From positions 7,440,001 to 7,504,000 of the forward strand of contig JBHGNT010000002.1 in NCBI GenBank assembly GCA_043228905.1: a stretch of 64,000 nt of DNA, given 5' to 3'. Each line of letters begins with the position of its first letter. Position 1 is the first letter of the stretch. Shown here in pieces: positions 21,604-32,290 of this stretch. The stretch comes from Azolla caroliniana (taxonomy: Eukaryota > Plantae > Polypodiophyta). The position numbers were made by a program, and so were the translations under genes. Under the pieces are notes generated by a model. The model saw nothing but the letters and a program-made list of their open reading frames with translations. It made no database searches and had not been told where the DNA came from.

Positions 21604-24600
21604 CTCCCCCTCAAGCTCAACTTGAGATCGGATCATAGTGTCAGTCTTCATGGTAGCTAGTCCTTCCACCCGGTTCCTTCTGGCGTCACTCTGCCTCGCT
21701 CGCGCTCCTCGTCCGGTCCGGTCCCGTTTGCCGCGACCCTTCTAATATTGCGCACCTCGACCTCCTCGGTCGGCTTGTCTGCTCAACAAGCCCAAGCTCC
21801 CTCGCTGCTGTGACTTCGACGCTTGTCGATTCGTCGATTCCTTCGTGTTGGCGTTGACTTTCGGTGAAGTGTTGCAACTTGTCCGATCCGAGCGGTTTGG
21901 TGAAGATGTTGGCAACTTGCCGATCCGTATGAACATACCAAAGTTCGACTTCACCGCTCAGAACATGCTCACGCACGAAGTGGTAGTGCACTTCTATGTG
22001 CTTTGTGCAAGCATGAAATACGGGGTTCTTGGTGAGTTGCATGTTGCTTATGTTGTCGCAGTCGATCAGGATCGGGTTGGCACCTCGATCCGCAGGTCTT
22101 GCAACAGTCGCCGAAGCCAAATGGCTTCACATGTGGCAACGGTAGCGCCCCGGTATTCAGCCTCAGTGCTCGAAAGGGCCACTGCTGGATGCTTTTTGCT
22201 GCTCCACGCAACAACCGCGCTACTAAGGGAAAACATGTAGCCAGAGGTGGATCGACGATCCGATGCATCACCGACCTAGTCGGCATAGGTATAACCGACT
22301 AGCTCTTTGGTTATACCATGCCGGTATAACAATCCTCGATCCTTCATGCCACTCACATATCGCAAAATTCGATGCGCGCACAGAAGGTGCTTGATGATTG
22401 GCTTCTACATATATTGGCTAATCACGCCGACCGGATAACTAATGTCGGGTCAGATGATTGTCAAATATATAAGGCATTCGATGATTTTTCGGAACCGTTT
22501 CTCATCGCAGGCCGGTCCGGAGTCGGGACAGAGCTTCTGGTTCCAATCTAGGGGTGTGGAGATCGGTCACCATTCCATCATGCCGAACTTGTACAACATA
22601 TTCAACACATAGTGTCTTTGTGAGAGCAATATGCCGTCGGGGGTTCGGATCACCTCGATCCCAAGGAAATAGTGAAGGTTCCCCAGGTCCTTCATCTCAA
22701 ATGCTTCCGACAGCTGGGACTTGACTCGGCTGATTTCATCAAGTCTGGGTCCGGTGATGACTAGATCATCAACATACAACAAGATGCAAACCGGATCGTC
22801 TGAACCTTGCTGGATGAACAACGAAGAGTCGGTCTTGGAGGCCACAAACCCTATCTTACGCAACCGGTGCGTGATCTTCGCATTCCAAGATTGGGGGGCT
22901 TGCTTCAGGCCATAAAGTGACTTCTTGAGCCGACATACCGCCGACTTGTTCATTTCCGACTGGAAACTAGGGGGTTGGGTCATGAAGACCTCTTCTTCAA
23001 GATCGCCTTGAAGAAATGCATTCTTCACGTCCATCTGGTGAAGATACCACCCCCTTACCGCAGCAACCGCCAACACCACACGAACCGTCGTCATATTCGC
23101 TATTGGAGCGAAGGTCTCGTCATAGTGGATTCCGTGGGTCTGCGTGTATCCCTTCGCCACTAACTGGGCTTTGTACCGGTTAACCGAACCGTCAGTATTG
23201 TACTTTACCTTGTACACCCACTTACATCCGATCGGTTTACAGTGTTGGGGAGGGTCGACTAGGTCCCATGTGTCGTTGGCATCAAGTGCCCGCATTTCTT
23301 CCTCCATAGCGGCACGCCAATTTGCGTCCTTTGTCACTTCTGCGTAGCTCTCCGGCTCACGCACTTCCACCACCTTGGTCATGTACGCATAATGATGCGC
23401 CATGTACTCATTGTACTCGTACTGCTTCATGGGGTTCTTCTGGCGGGAAGACCGGCGTAACTTATCATTACCTGATTTGAGGCCCTTTTTGGCCGATTCG
23501 GTCTTTGTTGCCGAAGATCCGCCTTCTTCTTTTTTGGAGTCGGATCCGCTCCGATCCGACTCACCATTGCCGGTCTTGTGCTCTGGCATCTTCCTCTTCC
23601 CCTTTTCCTTGCGCGTGAACTGTCTCCTCAGTTCCTTGCGTGGGGGGAACATGGCCGAGTCTCCACTACTCACCGGTTCATCTTCCGACTGGTCTGTCTG
23701 ACCTAGTCGGAAGTTCGGCCCGCTCAACTGAAACGATTCCGGACTCACATCTAGAGTCTTGAACCCTTCGTCTTCTAACTGGACCGGTTCATGCTCACTA
23801 GCCTCTTCCTCCAGTATCGGGTCAGGGTTGGAAGTCGGAGCTGGTAAGGCATACCATGATGTCGTCTCATCAAACTCAACATCCCGGCTAACTCCGACCT
23901 GCTTCGTCCGGGGGTTATAACACTTATACCCCTTTTGCTCATGTGAGTAACCGACCAAGATGCATTTCTCCGACTTTGCATCCAACTTCCTTTGCTTCTC
24001 ATCCGCACATGCACATATGCAATGCTACCGAATATCCGAAGTTGTCTCAAATTCGGCTTGCACCCAAAATATAGCTCATGCGCGGACACCTTGTCACCGA
24101 TCCGGTTTTGGATATAGATGGCCGTCCGGACTGCCTCGGCCCAGTAGAAATGGGGCATATTCTTCTCCTCCAACATTGCCCTTGCCGCGTTGACAATCGA
24201 CCGGTTCTTCCTTTCGGCCACACCGTTTTGCTCTGATGTGTATCTACAGCTGAACTCTCTCCGAATTCCTTTTTGTTGCATATAACTGTTGAATTGGCCG
24301 GAAAAGTATTCTTTTCCACCATCCGACCGCAGGCACTTGATCTTCCTCTCCGTTTCCCGTTCAACCAAGCTTTGCAGGTTCCAGAAACACTCGAAGACTT
24401 CGCTCTTCCACTCAATGAGGTAGATCCATGTGTGTTGGCTATAGTCGTCAATGAAGGAGACGAAGTATCAACTCTTGCCATGACTAACGTTTTGTGCCGA
24501 TCCCCATACATCCGAATGAATAAGGTCGCGCTTGTTACGGCTACAGTTTCGTTCGGTGGGGAATGGAAGCCGGTGTTGCTTCCCGAGTTGGCAGGCTTCA

Positions 24601-25660
24601 CATATTTGGACCTTCTAGCCACTGAACTTCGGCAAACCGAAAACAACTTGTTTCGTTTGCAGGTCTTGAAGCCTCTGGTAATTGACGTGGCCGATCCGCT
24701 TGCACTAGAGATCAATATTCGATTCAATCTTCTGTCCTTTGGTGAACAAAGCGGTGCCGACATCATTGGTGTCGAGGATGAACATCCTCCCATCTTTGCG
24801 CCCTTGCGCAATAATATGGCCTTCTTCCTCAATGAAGCACCCAAGGTGTGTAAACCGCACATGCATCCCCTGGTCAACGATCTGATCGACTGACATCAGG
24901 TTCTTCGTGATAGTTGGAACATGTAATACGTTCATCAGCTTCCCCCTCTGTCCGACGTGGCTCAATGGGACTTCTTCGACATGCATGATTGGGTGAGGAG
25001 TGTCGTCTCTGGTTTCGACGACTCCCGGTTGTTCCTGTTTCTCCAAGAAAGAGAACCACTCTTTGTGGCTCGTCATGTGATTCGACGCACCGGAATCAAC
25101 GTACCACACTTCCTCTGATTTGGAACTGGTCTTCTTCATCGAGTTAGCTCCTGTTTCATCACCAAGGCTGGCCCTTTGCTAGCCTTTCCAGTTTTGGATC
25201 TTCCCGATCCTTCTGTGTAGTGCGAGTATTGCCAGTTCTCTCTACCGGCCTTGTTGGATCCGGATCTGTCCGAATCGGCGCGCTTCTTCAAGCACTCGCT
25301 TTCTCTATGGCCCTTTTTACCACAGTACCAACATTTCGTGTTGGCCTTTGCTTGCTGGCCTCCGGCTCCGCCTTGACTCCCCCTGCTTGTGGAAGGTTCG
25401 GAATTGCTGTCAGCATGTTCTCTGTGCCTTCGGTCCTACTCTTGTCGGCCGCTACCATTGTGAGCCGACCCGCCTCGTCCACCACGCCCACGGGGCCGAT
25501 CTGCCTCCGTGTACAACATCCGGTTGTCGGCGGGTGCACTTGTTGACGCACCGGCATGGTTCTCCTTTACAAGGAGCATCAACTGTAAGTTGAAAAATGA
25601 CGGTGTATTCTCCCTTGTACATACCACTGTTCGGAACACTCTGAACTTAGACGCTAGGCC

Positions 25661-26298
25661 TGTTGCACACGGTGCTCGGCCACAACCGATAAATAGGATT
25701 AACTCACAGAAAATAGGAAATACAAAGTACACAAAGACAGTAGAGAGAAGAGTACACAGGATATTTTACGTGGAAAACCCTAAATGGGAAAAACCACGGG
25801 AGTCCTCAAACTCCAACTATCACTATGAACAGAGATGTACAATGGTGAAGCTTCAAGGCAACAACCTTGGGCTCACTGTCTTCGCCACAGGCGGCGGTAA
25901 TACACAGAGGCAACGACCTCCTCGTCTCTCTCTCTCTCTCTCTCTCTCTCGGCTGCTCTCTTCACTCTCTCTAAGTGAAAACAGAAAAATAAGCAACAAC
26001 CAAAACTGTTTGCCCTAAGTCATATTTATACACATATGACTTTCGGGCTATTTACAAATATGGCCTCAAGGACCCTTGGCAAACATATTCATAAATATGT
26101 CCCCGCATCCGGATTTCTTTCCGGGTACATTCTTCATCCGGCTCCGTAGCCGGGGTCTTCATCATCCGGCTCCGTAGCCGGGGTCTTCTTCATCCGGCTC
26201 CGTAGCCGGGGTCTTCATCATCCGGCTCCGTAGCCGCAACCGGGCTTGCCGTCATTCATCTCCGGACATCCCATCCGGAGGGACCGAAAATCCCAACA
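25661..26298 (-). repeat. 3' LTR of element D
   Basis: Matches 30414-31051; by eye only one substitution (25740 G vs 30493 A). Contains (TC)13 and the U3 tandem repeats. Confidence 0.97.
26131..26236. repeat. ~3.8 copies of a 28-bp repeat in the U3 of LTR D (also at 30884-30989)
   Basis: Unit tcatccggctccgtagccggggtcttc(a/t); each copy holds the inverted repeat CCGGCT-ccgt-AGCCGG; located upstream of the minus-strand TATA box (~26023-26030). Confidence 0.95.
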
Positions 26299-26308
26299 AA
26301 CTCCCCCT

Positions 26309-29300
26309 TCACTTCGGCATGGGATGTCTCTTCAGTCCGACCCTCTTCCGGCACGCTTCCAGCTTGTCGGGTGTGAGCACTTTGGTCAGCATGTCTGACC
26401 CGTTCTCGTCCGTGTGGATCTTCGTCAGCACGAACTCCTGGTCTTCTATCCTTTCCCGGATCCAGTGATATCTTCGCTGAATGTGCTTCGTCCGGGAGTG
26501 ATAGGCCGCATTCTTCGCAAGGTGGATGGCACTCTGACTGTCGCAATAGAGTCGGTACTCCTCCTGCCGGATACCAAGCTCTCTAATGAAGTCCTTCATC
26601 CATATTATTTCCTTGCCGGCTTCAACAGCCGCCATGTACTCCGCCTCCGTGGTTGACAACGCAACCGTCTTCTGCAGCCTCGACTGCCACGAAACAGCTC
26701 CCCCTGCATACGTCATCACATACCCTGATGTGGACCGGCTGGTATCTGCATCAGCCGACATATCCGAATCGGTAAAGCCGTCAAGTTCGGGCTTACCGGA
26801 GCCGAATCGGAGGCACACGTTTGCCGTACCCTTTAGGTATCGGAGTATCCACTTGACCGCGTTCCAGTGCTCTTTGCCGGGATTGCTCATGTACCGGCTC
26901 ACCACTCCGACTGCATATCCTATGTCCGGTCTTGTACACACCATTGCGTACATCAAGCTCCCGACGGCAGAGGCATATGGTACTTTCATCATGTCCTCCT
27001 TCTCAGCCTTTGTCTTGGGACTTTGCTTGCTGGACAGCTTGCAGTTTGCCGGGAGAGTCGACCCGACTGGTCTTGCTTCCGACATGTTGAACCGTTGAAG
27101 CACCTTTGTCACGTACTTCTCCTGTGATAGCCACAACTGCTTCTTCTTCCGGTCCCGGATGATGTGCATCCCTAGTATTTGCCTCGCCGGACCCAGGTCC
27201 TTCATTGAGAAGGTTCGGTGAAGAGCCTTCTTCAGCATCCGTATCTTGACCTGGTCCCGTCCGACGATCAACATGTCGTCCACGTATAGGAGGAGTATTA
27301 GAGAGTCTCCTCCGTCGAACTTCTTCACAAACACGCAGTGATCGGACTGCGTCTTGTGGTACCCTTCGTCGGTCATGAAGGAGTCGAACTTCCGGTACCA
27401 CTGCCGGGGAGCCTGCTTCAGTCCGTAAAGGCTCTTCTTCAACCGGCATACCAGGTGCTCCTTCCCTTTCTTCTCGAATCCTTCCGGTTGCTGCATGTAG
27501 ATCTCTTCCTTGAGGTCACCGTGAAGGAATGCCGTCTTCACGTCCATCTGTTCTACCTCGAGGTCCATGCTTGCCGCTATGCTCAGCACCGTCCGGATGG
27601 AGGTCATCTTCACTACCGGGGCAAATATCTCGTCGAAGTCGACGCCCTTCTTCTGCTGAAACCCCTTCACCACGATCCTGGCTTTGTATCTCGGGGGGTT
27701 TCCGGCATCTCCCGGTTTCAGCTTGAACACCCACTTGTTACGGAGTGCCCGTTTTCCTTTCGGCAACTCCACAAGTTCATATGTGTGGTTCTCATGCAGG
27801 GAATCCATCTCGTCCTGCATGGCGCTTAACCACCTGCGGCTATGGGTGTCATGCTTCGCTTCTTCAAAGCTCTCCGGCTCCCCCTCGTCGGTTAGCAGCA
27901 CGTGCTCTGGTTCCGGAAATCTCCGGGGGGCCCTTCTCTCTCTTAGAGGATATCTCCGTTCCGGAGCTTCGATAACCGGCTCCTCCGTTTCCTCTTCATC
28001 CGAATCCATTTCGGGATCGGGGCCGGTTCCGGTATCATTTTCATCTTCTTCGGCCGGTTCTGGTTCTTCACCGTCTTCGGCCGGATCTTCGAGTGTTAAC
28101 CGGTCCCTTGCCGGTCGGGACTGCTCCTCGTAGAGTTGATCCTCACCGGTCGACTTGGAGCTCTTCATCTTCTTCTCCGACTCCCAGTCGGCGAGTGTCT
28201 TGTCCTCCATGAAGATGATGTCTCGACTCCTGAATATCTTCTTGTCGACCGGGTCCCATACTCGGTAGCCGAACTCATCGTCGCCGTAACCGAGGAATAT
28301 GCATGGCCGGGTCTTTGGATCTAGCTTTCCTCTCCGGTCCTTTGCCACATGCACATATGCGAGACACCCGAACACCTTCAGATGCCGGTAGGACACTTCC
28401 TTACCGGTCCACACTTTCTGCGGCGTGTCTCCGTCCAAAGGTACTGAGGGTGATCTGTTTATCACGTATGTCGCCGTCGACATTGCCTCAGCCCAAAACC
28501 CCTTGGGTAATTTCGCATGCGCCAGCATACTCCGGACCCTCTCCATTATGGTCCGGTTCATCCTCTCGGCCAGCCCGTTTAGTTCCGGCGTCTTCGGCAC
28601 AGTAAACTCGAGCCGGATTCCCTTCGAGCGACAATACTCCTGGAACTGCCCCCGGTATTCCCCTCCGTTATCCGCTCGTATCGCTTTCAGCTTCTTGCCG
28701 GATTCCCTTTCCACTCTCGTGTGGAGTTCTTTGAAGACGGACAACACTTGGTCCTTTGTCTTCAACGGCGCCGTCCACAGCTTCCGGCTGTGATCATCAA
28801 TGAATGTTACGAAGTACTGGGCTCCGCCATGTGACTTCGTTTCTACCTGACACACGTAAGTGTGCACCAACTCCAATGGTGCACTACGTCTCATCGGTGG
28901 CCTTGAGTGGAAGGAGGTCCGGTTTTGCTTACCGGCCAGACAGTCGGTACACTTCCCCAAGTGTACATGCTTTACCGGTATCAGGTTGTCTTCGGCAAGC
29001 CTCTTCATCCCCTTCTCGCTCATGTGGCACAATCTCTTGTGCCACAGCTCACCGGCAGTGTCGGCTGCCACGTTCAGCTCTTCCGGACATAACCGGGCAT
29101 TCATCAGGTACAACGTGTTAACTTTCCGGGCCCGAGCCACTATCAGACTCCCCTTGCTGAACTTCATTACGCCGTTCCGGATGCTACCTGTGTAGCCTTC
29201 ATCATCTAGCCTCCCGGCCGAAATCAGGTTCAATCGAACCTCCGGAACGTGTCGCACATCCTTCAGCAGCATTTTGCATCCGGTCGAGGTTGTTAACCAC

Positions 29301-30382
29301 ACGTCTCCTATGCCGGCAATCCGGCATGTATCTTCATTTCCCATCCGGACACAACCATGCTCACCGGCTGTGTAGGATGAGAAGTATTTCTTCTCCGGGG
29401 TCAGGTGGAACGACGCTCCGGAATCGACCACCCAGGTCATCTCTTCTCCGGCAAGGTTCAGCTCCCTCTCTTCGGTAATGAGCATGATCTCCTCTTCACT
29501 TGCCGCGAGTGCCGTCGTTCCTTTCCGGTCCTGCCCTCGCCGATCCGAACCTCTCCGGTCCGTGGCTCCCCGGTATGCACCGTTTCTCTCCGGTGACTTC
29601 TTCGAATCGGTGTCGTCGGCTCCGTTGTCCTTTCGGTAATGCCGACAATTCTTCCGGAAGTGCCCCGGCTTCCCACAGTGGAAGCATGTGGGTCTTCCTC
29701 TTGACTGCGACCGGGTCCCCGACTTCTCCCGTCTTTGCGGACTCCGGTTCCATTGTCTTCCCCGTTCCGATTCGGTAAGCAGCGCCTTCGAGTCGGAGGC
29801 CGGTTCTTTATCTCTCCGACGCGCTTCTTCGTTCAAAATACTTGTCTTTACCGTTTGTAAAGACAAGTTATCTTCGGTGCAGGAGGTGCTGAGAGTCACC
29901 ACCAAGTTCTCCCAACTTTCCGGCAATGTACACATCAGAATGATGGCTTGCATTGCATCCTCCAGCGGGAACTTGATCGCCGCAAGCTGGTTCACGAATC
30001 CCATGAACGTGCTTACGTGTTCCACCATACTCTCGCCGTCCCGGTACTTGAGGTTCACTATCTTCCTCATCAGGGAGGTCCGGTTCAACGCATTCTTCCT
30101 CTCGTAGAGGCCCGACAGCTTCCGCCACATCTCGTATGCGTTGGTGTCGTTCGCCACATGTTGCAGAACACTTACATCGACGTATTGCCGAATGGTTGCA
30201 ACGGCTTTCCGGTTCAGAAGCCTCCATTCCGACTCAAGTACCCCCTTCGGTATTTCCGACCTGTCAATCGGTTCGTACAGGTCCCGAACAATAAGAAGAT
30301 CCTCCATCTTGATCTTCCAGTCGGCGTAATTCTGCGCATTCAGCACCATCATCCCCGGCTGCCCGCTGCCGCCGCCTTCCAT
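26309..30382 (-). CDS. Gag-Pol polyprotein of Copia D (~1357 aa; gag, protease, integrase, RT, RNase H)
   Basis: Uninterrupted ORF from MEGGGSGQ (first ATG after the PBS). Motifs CFHCGKPGHFRKNC, WVVDSGASFH, LWHKRLCH, RADNGGEY, NGLAERMNRT, QMDVKTAFLHG, LLYVDDML, FTDSD, EAEYMA, TKHIQRRYH. Confidence 0.96.
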   Translation of the reverse strand: MEGGGSGQPGMMVLNAQNYADWKIKMEDLLIVRDLYEPIDRSEIPKGVLESEWRLLNRKAVATIRQYVDVSVLQHVANDTNAYEMWRKLSGLYERKNALNRTSLMRKIVNLKYRDGESMVEHVSTFMGFVNQLAAIKFPLEDAMQAIILMCTLPESWENLVVTLSTSCTEDNLSLQTVKTSILNEEARRRDKEPASDSKALLTESERGRQWNRSPQRREKSGTRSQSRGRPTCFHCGKPGHFRKNCRHYRKDNGADDTDSKKSPERNGAYRGATDRRGSDRRGQDRKGTTALAASEEEIMLITEERELNLAGEEMTWVVDSGASFHLTPEKKYFSSYTAGEHGCVRMGNEDTCRIAGIGDVWLTTSTGCKMLLKDVRHVPEVRLNLISAGRLDDEGYTGSIRNGVMKFSKGSLIVARARKVNTLYLMNARLCPEELNVAADTAGELWHKRLCHMSEKGMKRLAEDNLIPVKHVHLGKCTDCLAGKQNRTSFHSRPPMRRSAPLELVHTYVCQVETKSHGGAQYFVTFIDDHSRKLWTAPLKTKDQVLSVFKELHTRVERESGKKLKAIRADNGGEYRGQFQEYCRSKGIRLEFTVPKTPELNGLAERMNRTIMERVRSMLAHAKLPKGFWAEAMSTATYVINRSPSVPLDGDTPQKVWTGKEVSYRHLKVFGCLAYVHVAKDRRGKLDPKTRPCIFLGYGDDEFGYRVWDPVDKKIFRSRDIIFMEDKTLADWESEKKMKSSKSTGEDQLYEEQSRPARDRLTLEDPAEDGEEPEPAEEDENDTGTGPDPEMDSDEEETEEPVIEAPERRYPLRERRAPRRFPEPEHVLLTDEGEPESFEEAKHDTHSRRWLSAMQDEMDSLHENHTYELVELPKGKRALRNKWVFKLKPGDAGNPPRYKARIVVKGFQQKKGVDFDEIFAPVVKMTSIRTVLSIAASMDLEVEQMDVKTAFLHGDLKEEIYMQQPEGFEKKGKEHLVCRLKKSLYGLKQAPRQWYRKFDSFMTDEGYHKTQSDHCVFVKKFDGGDSLILLLYVDDMLIVGRDQVKIRMLKKALHRTFSMKDLGPARQILGMHIIRDRKKKQLWLSQEKYVTKVLQRFNMSEARPVGSTLPANCKLSSKQSPKTKAEKEDMMKVPYASAVGSLMYAMVCTRPDIGYAVGVVSRYMSNPGKEHWNAVKWILRYLKGTANVCLRFGSGKPELDGFTDSDMSADADTSRSTSGYVMTYAGGAVSWQSRLQKTVALSTTEAEYMAAVEAGKEIIWMKDFIRELGIRQEEYRLYCDSQSAIHLAKNAAYHSRTKHIQRRYHWIRERIEDQEFVLTKIHTDENGSDMLTKVLTPDKLEACRKRVGLKRHPMPK

Positions 30383-30413
30383 TTTCTGTGTTACCGTCGC
30401 TCTGATACCACTT

Positions 30414-31051
30414 TGTTGCACACGGTGCTCGGCCACAACCGATAAATAGGATTAACTCACAGAAAATAGGAAATACAAAGTACACAAAGACAATAGAGAG
30501 AAGAGTACACAGGATATTTTACGTGGAAAACCCTAAATGGGAAAAACCACGGGAGTCCTCAAACTCCAACTATCACTATGAACAGAGATGTACAATGGTG
30601 AAGCTTCAAGGCAACAACCTTGGGCTCACTGTCTTCGCCACAGGCGGCGGTAATACACAGAGGCAACGACCTCCTCGTCTCTCTCTCTCTCTCTCTCTCT
30701 CTCGGCTGCTCTCTTCACTCTCTCTAAGTGAAAACAGAAAAATAAGCAACAACCAAAACTGTTTGCCCTAAGTCATATTTATACACATATGACTTTCGGG
30801 CTATTTACAAATATGGCCTCAAGGACCCTTGGCAAACATATTCATAAATATGTCCCCGCATCCGGATTTCTTTCCGGGTACATTCTTCATCCGGCTCCGT
30901 AGCCGGGGTCTTCATCATCCGGCTCCGTAGCCGGGGTCTTCTTCATCCGGCTCCGTAGCCGGGGTCTTCATCATCCGGCTCCGTAGCCGCAACCGGGCTT
31001 GCCGTCATTCATCTCCGGACATCCCATCCGGAGGGACCGAAAATCCCAACA
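30414..31051 (-). repeat. 5' LTR of element D
   Basis: TG...CA on minus, followed after 3 nt by the iMet PBS. Confidence 0.97.
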
Positions 31052-31507
31052 AGGCCCCCAAGACAGATCTACACCATCTCATCTTCCTCTACAGTGACGT
31101 TGATAGAGGCAAGTGAGTCACAAATCTCTTTGATTCGGGTCGTGTAATTGGCTACCGACATGTTCTTTTGTCGGACATTGCTCAACTCCTGTCGGAGTTG
31201 CAGCTTCCGGGCTGTAGTGCTCGCCGTGGAAACCTTCTTTAGGTTTCCCCAAGCTTCTTTTGGCATCTTGGCATCTCAGACATGGCTTAGCAGTTGGTCT
31301 CTAACACTGGACGCAAATCAGTACATCACTCTGCTTGCCGCTTGTTCCCACACTGGGAAGTCCTTGTGTGCCGCATCAGGTGTTGTGTCATTAGCTCCGT
31401 CGACATAGCTCCAGTAATGATGCCCAAGCAAGTACTGGTGCATCTTGTATGACCAAGATGCATAGTTGGATCTGTCGAGCTTCTCCACCGGGAGTAAGCT
31501 AGCCATT

Positions 31508-31876
31508 CCTCTGTCTCTCATGTGTACCTTTTGTGTGTGTTGATCTCTCTCTCTCCCTCTATTGCTATCCGGTTAAGAGCAAAACAACTTAAATCTATTA
31601 TCAACAACTCTGTGAAATTCTCTGTGCATATAACGTGCTCAACAACACTATTTATACAAGTCCTAAGAGGACTGACAGAAGTACAATGTACTTCAATGCT
31701 CACACGAGCGTCTGACACTAACTACGAGACATTAACTACCTAGTATTCTAGGCTGCTACTAGGCTTCCGGTTACTGCTTGATCCAGCTAACCGGCTCCCC
31801 AGCTCACCGGCTCACTTGCTCACTGGCTCATCCTTCCGGATGCCGATCCGGATCAGGTTGAGCTTGCCGCTCAACA
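31508..31876 (-). repeat. 5' LTR of Copia B, rearranged (internal inversion; U5 end and PBS lost)
   Basis: Colinear with 21280-21603 over 31577-31876. Segment ~31508-31576 is the reverse complement of the corresponding 3' LTR segment (~21212-21275) and abuts the gag ATG region directly. Confidence 0.85.
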
Positions 31877-31881
31877 CGGAA

Positions 31882-32290
31882 GGATGAGCCGGATCGGTAT
31901 CTGGATGGTATCTGGAAACAACCGGTCGTATCGGGGAGACGGATCGGAGAGTCGGATTCGAGCGGGAACCGAAAGCCTAGTAGTAGCCTAGACTACTAGG
32001 TAATTATTATCTCGTAGTTAGTGTCAGTCGCTTGTATGAGCATTGAAGTACAGAGTACTTCTGTCAGTCCTTTTGTGGACTTGTATAAATAGTGTTGTTT
32101 AGCACGTTGTATGTACAAAGAGTTACACAGAGTTTTAGGGTGTTATTTTTTAATTGAGTTTATGTTTTGCTCTCCCTGTCTCTCCCACGTGTATTCTTTG
32201 TGTTAAGTTTTCCATTAAACTTTCTCTCATTTTCTGTTGCTATCCGGCCGACCCCGTTTTGTCTAACGCTTCTGCACATTTACATTCACA
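31882..32290 (+). mobile_element. Remainder of the 3' LTR of Copia C
   Basis: Continues 21132-21175 across the TSD (catccggaa|ggatgagcc). Homologous to the B LTRs in opposite orientation; TATAAATA at ~32084; ends ...cattcACA. Confidence 0.88.

Larger units (their letters stand above)
25661..31051 (-). mobile_element. Young full-length Tnt1-like Copia element D inserted in gag of element B
   Basis: TSD AGGCC at 25656-25660 and 31052-31056; two 638-bp LTRs (25661-26298 and 30414-31051); PBS TGGTATCAGAGC (tRNA-iMet) at 30399-30410; PPT gaagggggag at ~26301-26310; single gag-pol ORF. Confidence 0.98.
21176..31876 (-). mobile_element. Copia LTR retrotransposon B (degenerate), inserted in the LTR of same-family element C; interrupted by element D
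   Basis: 5-bp TSD CGGAA at 21171-21175 and 31877-31881; LTRs at 21176-21603 and ~31508-31876; PPT at 21604-21614. Gag MASLLPVEKLDRSNYASWSYKMHQYLLG (from 31506), zinc knuckle CWYCGKKGH (~25300), protease WYVDSGASNHM (~25100), integrase RSDGGKEY/NGVAERKNR, RT HQMDVKNAFL/LYVDD and RNase H TKHIEVHYHF. Many stops and frameshifts. Confidence 0.93.

Noticed and set aside
26131-26236. CRISPR-like array (28-bp palindromic repeats)
   Set aside because: No unique spacers and no cas genes; eukaryotic context; the repeats are part of both LTRs.
26414-30445. Numerous plus-strand ORFs within element D and element B
   Set aside because: Antisense or alternative-frame by-products of GC-rich gag-pol; no coherent protein signal.
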